From IMG/VR virus record IMGVR_UViG_3300003690_000007, positions 1 to 62,604 of that record: 62,604 nucleotides of DNA. One strand, written 5' to 3'. This document shows, piece after piece, positions 59,450 to 62,604 of the stretch. Position 1 is the stretch's first letter. Each line of letters begins with the position of its first letter. A program made the position numbers and the translations under genes. Below the pieces are notes generated by a model. It had not been told where the DNA came from. It did no database searches and was given only the letters and a program-made list of their open reading frames with translations. The DNA is from a virus.

Positions 59450-59478
59450 ATTGTACGGGGTGTTTGTTTAGGTGTCAA
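59450..59478 (-). promoter_or_regulatory. sigma70-like promoter of the minus arm
   Basis: Minus strand: TTGACA (59478-59473), 17-nt spacer, TACAAT (59455-59450). A ~100-nt leader with a GC-rich hairpin (CCCCGCCCGCCGGGACGGGG) precedes the RHH gene. Confidence 0.6.
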
Positions 59479-59501
59479 GAATCAAATCACAGTAAATTAT
59501 C

Positions 59502-59813
59502 ATGCGACCCGACGAATTCGAGCTTGGCGTCTGCTGGTCATGCCAGACCGAACTGAGCCACGACAGCGTGGTCCTTCTGGATTCACAGACCGCGATCCAG
59601 TGCTGCCGGGAGTGTTGGGGTAAGATCGACGTGGCCGACCGCGTCCAGACGGCCCTGCTGTTCCACGACCGAACCGATGCCGGGCTTGGGATCGCCGACG
59701 CCACCCACGCGATCGTCGGAGTTGTCGAGACGATCATCCGACACTACATTCACCAGTCCCGGTTCAGCAACGGAAAATCGGATGGCGGACAGGACTGGAG
59801 TGGTCTGAACTGA
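59502..59813 (+). CDS. zinc-ribbon-like protein (103 aa)
   Basis: CWSC...CCRECW; first gene of the plus arm. Confidence 0.6.
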   Translation: MRPDEFELGVCWSCQTELSHDSVVLLDSQTAIQCCRECWGKIDVADRVQTALLFHDRTDAGLGIADATHAIVGVVETIIRHYIHQSRFSNGKSDGGQDWSGLN

Positions 59814-59821
59814 GGCACGCC

Positions 59822-61798
59822 ATGACACGCAAACAGGAAACCTACGCGGCATACCGCCAATCGCGACGCCGACTCCTGTACGCTCGCTGCGAGAAGGGCG
59901 CGAGCAAGAGTGACTGTCCGCGCGACGGTGGAAAGTTCTCGTCAACCTCGAAGTCGAAGACACTCCCGGTCGTGGTTGGAATCCCCGGACCTCTCGGGGT
60001 GATCGCCTCCATCGTCGCAACCAAGATCGCCGCCGCCCGGAAGCAGACCCCCGAGGCCAAGCGCATCACGGTCAAGATCAAGAGCGGGAAGAAGTGGCTC
60101 GGAAAGGAGGCAGAGAAAGCGGTGGCGAAGCAGGGGTTCGGGAGCGTCACCGACGCCCTGAGTTCTCAGTGGATGATCGACAGTGACCAGCGGGAGTACG
60201 TCGGACAGTCTCCTCCTCGCAATGCCGGGGAGAATGACAAGAGCTATGCCCGGCGGGCCGTCGACAGCCTGCCCAAGCCCAAGAACTTGCCAGAGGACCA
60301 CATCCAGTATTTTGACATCCGCAAGGCGACCGATACGGTTGCGCTGTCGAATCTGAAACCGACTCGGGCGCGACCGGGCGGCATCGAGCGTGCCGCTAAG
60401 TTCATGCGGATGACATACGAAAGACTCTTGTCACCCAAGACGAGACGAGACCCGATCGATGTCGAGGACAATGGAGACGGAACCTACACCATCCTCGACG
60501 GCAACTCTACGTTCGCCACCGCTAAGGAGTACGGGTGGGAGTCGATCCCGGTGCGCGTGATCGCCAAGGACCGGCACGGAAGAACATACCGCTGCGGGCC
60601 GGGTGCGACCACAACGGCCTGTCCCCGAGACGGGGGAAGGTTCGCTTCCGGCAGAAAAGGGAAAGCCGTCGCCGGGAAGCGCACACGCTCGACGACAACA
60701 TCTATCGGAGGGAAACTCCAACACGACAAAACATCTACTCGCCAGCGCCGGGACTTTCTCAAAGACCAAATACAAAAAATATATACACATTTGCCCCCCG
60801 CATGGTCTGGAGTTCCGGCCGTACCCGACGCTATTGTCGCCGCCGAACTCAACCGAACAAACAAGCCGGAACTCGCGTGTTGTCCAAAGCTCGACAACCT
60901 CCTCGACTCCATGAAGGTCACAACCCAGAAGCCTGACCAGCCCGATAGGTGGCGCTTCGACGACGAGTGCTGTGTGCTAGACCACGAAGGCACTCCACAG
61001 GTCGTTGACGGACAACTGGTTCTCCGGGATGAGTTTCTGGAACAGGGACGCAAGATGATCGCCGAGGCCAACGATATCCAGCCGCACTTCGCGGCCGCAC
61101 TCAGTGGACCGGTCAGGGACTCTCTCGCGGGAGTCACGGCGCGTCCGGGTTATCATATCTTCGACAGCGCTGAAAACTTCGAGAAGGGCAAGGCTGCGAT
61201 TCGTAAACATCCCGAACGGCCTCATGTCATCGTCGGCGGGGTCAAGGGTCTGAAGCGTGCAGCAGAGAAGGCAGCGATGCGAACGGATGGTAGCTGGATT
61301 CACATTCGCGACTTGGTGCGAGCCACCGTGCTTTCCCCGAGCGTCGCGGACCTCGCGACGACCGTGGAGCGGACATCGCAATCACTTGATCGATCGGGCT
61401 TCAAGCTGGTCAGCCTGAACGACCGTGTGAACAAACCGACGAATACTGGATACCGAGACGTGCAGATGAGCTTTCGCCACGAGGAGACGGGACACATTTG
61501 CGAGTTGCTGATCACGACCTCGGATATGTGGATGACGAAAGAGTCCGCTCCGACCTCTCACGGTGATGGTGCGCACAAGTTGTACGAGGTCCGGCGCAGC
61601 ATCATGGAGGTGGTAGAAGCCGAGGGAGGAAAGCATTCCCACTCTAACGCGAACAAGGTGCTCGGTAGTGCCACCGAGGAGAAGGACTTGTACGTCCGGG
61701 CGTGGGATGCGTCACACAGAGACAGCGTCTATGGTGGTTCCGGCTCGTCCGTGGTGGCTGGAACACGGGCGGCGAACACTCCTCGCGTCGGCGCATAA
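59822..61798 (+). CDS. ParB-like domain + RelA/SpoT-like nucleotidyltransferase (small alarmone synthetase-like) fusion (658 aa)
   Basis: VALSNLKPTR...TYTILDGNSTFATAKEYGWESIPVRVI (ParB-like). GGVKGLKRAAEK...IRDLVRATVL...NTGYRDVQMSFRHEETGHICELLITTSDMW...HKLYEVRR (RSH synthetase-like). Two copies of the linker motif in its CPRDGG[KR]F form. Confidence 0.7.
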   Translation: MTRKQETYAAYRQSRRRLLYARCEKGASKSDCPRDGGKFSSTSKSKTLPVVVGIPGPLGVIASIVATKIAAARKQTPEAKRITVKIKSGKKWLGKEAEKAVAKQGFGSVTDALSSQWMIDSDQREYVGQSPPRNAGENDKSYARRAVDSLPKPKNLPEDHIQYFDIRKATDTVALSNLKPTRARPGGIERAAKFMRMTYERLLSPKTRRDPIDVEDNGDGTYTILDGNSTFATAKEYGWESIPVRVIAKDRHGRTYRCGPGATTTACPRDGGRFASGRKGKAVAGKRTRSTTTSIGGKLQHDKTSTRQRRDFLKDQIQKIYTHLPPAWSGVPAVPDAIVAAELNRTNKPELACCPKLDNLLDSMKVTTQKPDQPDRWRFDDECCVLDHEGTPQVVDGQLVLRDEFLEQGRKMIAEANDIQPHFAAALSGPVRDSLAGVTARPGYHIFDSAENFEKGKAAIRKHPERPHVIVGGVKGLKRAAEKAAMRTDGSWIHIRDLVRATVLSPSVADLATTVERTSQSLDRSGFKLVSLNDRVNKPTNTGYRDVQMSFRHEETGHICELLITTSDMWMTKESAPTSHGDGAHKLYEVRRSIMEVVEAEGGKHSHSNANKVLGSATEEKDLYVRAWDASHRDSVYGGSGSSVVAGTRAANTPRVGA

Positions 61799-61920
61799 TA
61801 ACGCCCCGGCGTCCCTGCCGAGGCGACCGCGCGCCGGAATCCATTCCAGCGGCCCGGCGAAGACCATTCTACGGCAGCGACTTTTCTCGTTCCACATTAG
61901 AAATAACACGACGTTTGTTG

Positions 61921-61948
61921 TTGACATCTTCTCAACTATGGCTATAAT
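61921..61948 (+). promoter_or_regulatory. consensus sigma70 promoter
   Basis: TTGACA (61921-61926), 16-nt spacer, TATAAT (61943-61948). An AACACGACGTTT box (61905-61916) abuts the -35. Confidence 0.65.
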
Positions 61949-62000
61949 GGTAATGGAGGAGGAGAGAGAGGAACACGGCAACGAACACGGGAACGAAACC

Positions 62001-62237
62001 ATGACGACCACGACACGACGACCTACAGCCACGCGACTCGGGCCGGGCCATTATCGGGTGACCGTCCACGGTCGGACCTACGAGATCGAGGGCGACCGCG
62101 CGGCGACCGGTTACGGACTGAGCGGTACGCGCCCGGTTTGGGATTTGTTCGAGACCAGCAACGGGCGTCGAGTTTACGTCAACGACTTCGATTCTAAGAG
62201 AGACGCGGTCGACCACGCTATGTGTGCGGGTCCATAA
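62001..62237 (+). CDS. hypothetical early protein (78 aa)
   Basis: First ATG downstream of the promoter's predicted start site. The upstream part of ORF 61668..62237 overlaps the promoter and the previous gene. Confidence 0.5.
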   Translation: MTTTTRRPTATRLGPGHYRVTVHGRTYEIEGDRAATGYGLSGTRPVWDLFETSNGRRVYVNDFDSKRDAVDHAMCAGP

Positions 62238-62255
62238 GGATGAGGAGGGCAACTG

Positions 62256-62420
62256 ATGAGCCGCAAGTGCAAAATCCCAGCCTGCAAGCAGCGGTCGACC
62301 AAGCCGTGCGACGGCTGCGGCAAGCCGATCTGCCCCCACCACAGCAGCGGCTGGATGGCGGGCACGCCGTGGTGCCGCAAGTGCCGGAACGAGCAGGAAG
62401 CACGACACGCCAGATCCTAA
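62256..62420 (+). CDS. zinc-ribbon protein (54 aa: MSRKCKIPACKQRSTKPCDGCGKPICPHH...CRKCRNE)
   Basis: SD gaggaggg 6 nt upstream. It ends in the TAA of hairpin repeat copy 5. It is below the ORF-track cutoff. Confidence 0.55.
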   Translation: MSRKCKIPACKQRSTKPCDGCGKPICPHHSSGWMAGTPWCRKCRNEQEARHARS

Positions 62421-62442
62421 CCGGGCCAGCGCCCCACAACCC
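62418..62442 (+). promoter_or_regulatory. stop-codon-linked GC hairpin repeat, copy 5 (variant stem)
   Basis: TAACCGGGCCAGCGCCCCACAACC followed by CGAGGAGAGAATTGATG. Confidence 0.55.
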
Positions 62443-62455
62443 GAGGAGAGAATTG

Positions 62456-62604
62456 ATGACCGACCTGACCACGACCCAGCAGACCACACCGGACTTCGTA
62501 CACCCACTGACCAACGTCTCGACCTTGGAACAAAAACGCCTGTTCGTTGTCAACAGCGAGACCCACTGCGCTGTCCAGCAGGCGGTGGGGCATCCTGAGC
62601 GGGA
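62456..62604 (+). CDS. 5' part of the junction-spanning hypothetical gene (continues at 1..239)
   Basis: ATG 62456 sits directly after the repeat leader. The frame is open to the window end and in phase with 12..239. Confidence 0.6.
   Translation, partial: MTDLTTTQQTTPDFVHPLTNVSTLEQKRLFVVNSETHCAVQQAVGHPER
62514..62604. repeat. 91-bp direct terminal repeat, copy 2
   Basis: Identical to nt 1-91. Confidence 0.95.

Noticed and set aside
1-62604. Lysogeny or mobile-element functions (integrase, excisionase, CI-like repressor, transposase, att-like repeats), tRNA genes
   Set aside because: None was recognised by eye on either strand. The terminal repeat is direct, lies exactly at the window ends and is spanned by a gene, so it is an assembly or circularity signal rather than IS/LTR ends.

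Overview
The window is a complete, circularly closed genome of a GC-rich dsDNA tailed phage. The first 91 nt are identical to the last 91 nt, so the unique length is 62,513 bp. No integrase, tRNA, rRNA, CRISPR array or transposase was recognised.

Genes form two divergent arms. They start at a divergent promoter region (59344..59501) and converge at about 9106..9109.

Plus arm (59502 -> junction -> 9109):
- a ParB-like/RelA-SpoT-like fusion protein;
- about 40 small, tightly packed ORFs of unknown function, many of them zinc ribbons;
- near-consensus sigma70-type promoters in every larger intergenic gap;
- a repeated stop-codon-linked GC hairpin plus Shine-Dalgarno (SD) leader.

Minus arm (59343 -> 9244), in order:
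- RHH-CsrA pair;
- Cas4-like exonuclease plus annealing protein;
- replication and nin-like genes (DUF1376, G39P-like, RusA, DUF3310);
- a lysis-like cassette, two nucleases, and fibre-like genes;
- TerS and TerL;
- a Mu gp29-type portal fused to about 1,450 aa of effector-like domains;
- four further large effector or protease genes;
- a Mu-like head module (protease?, scaffold, decoration, capsid, gp36-like connector);
- a siphovirus-type tail module: tube, chaperone with an A9 slippery tract, tape measure, baseplate proteins and a Cys-rich fibre.

The standout is the 14.3-kb block 24772..39108. It encodes polyvalent, probably capsid-delivered effector proteins stitched together by a 12-fold repeated linker motif.

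All functional calls rest on motifs read by eye and on gene order. No searches were run.
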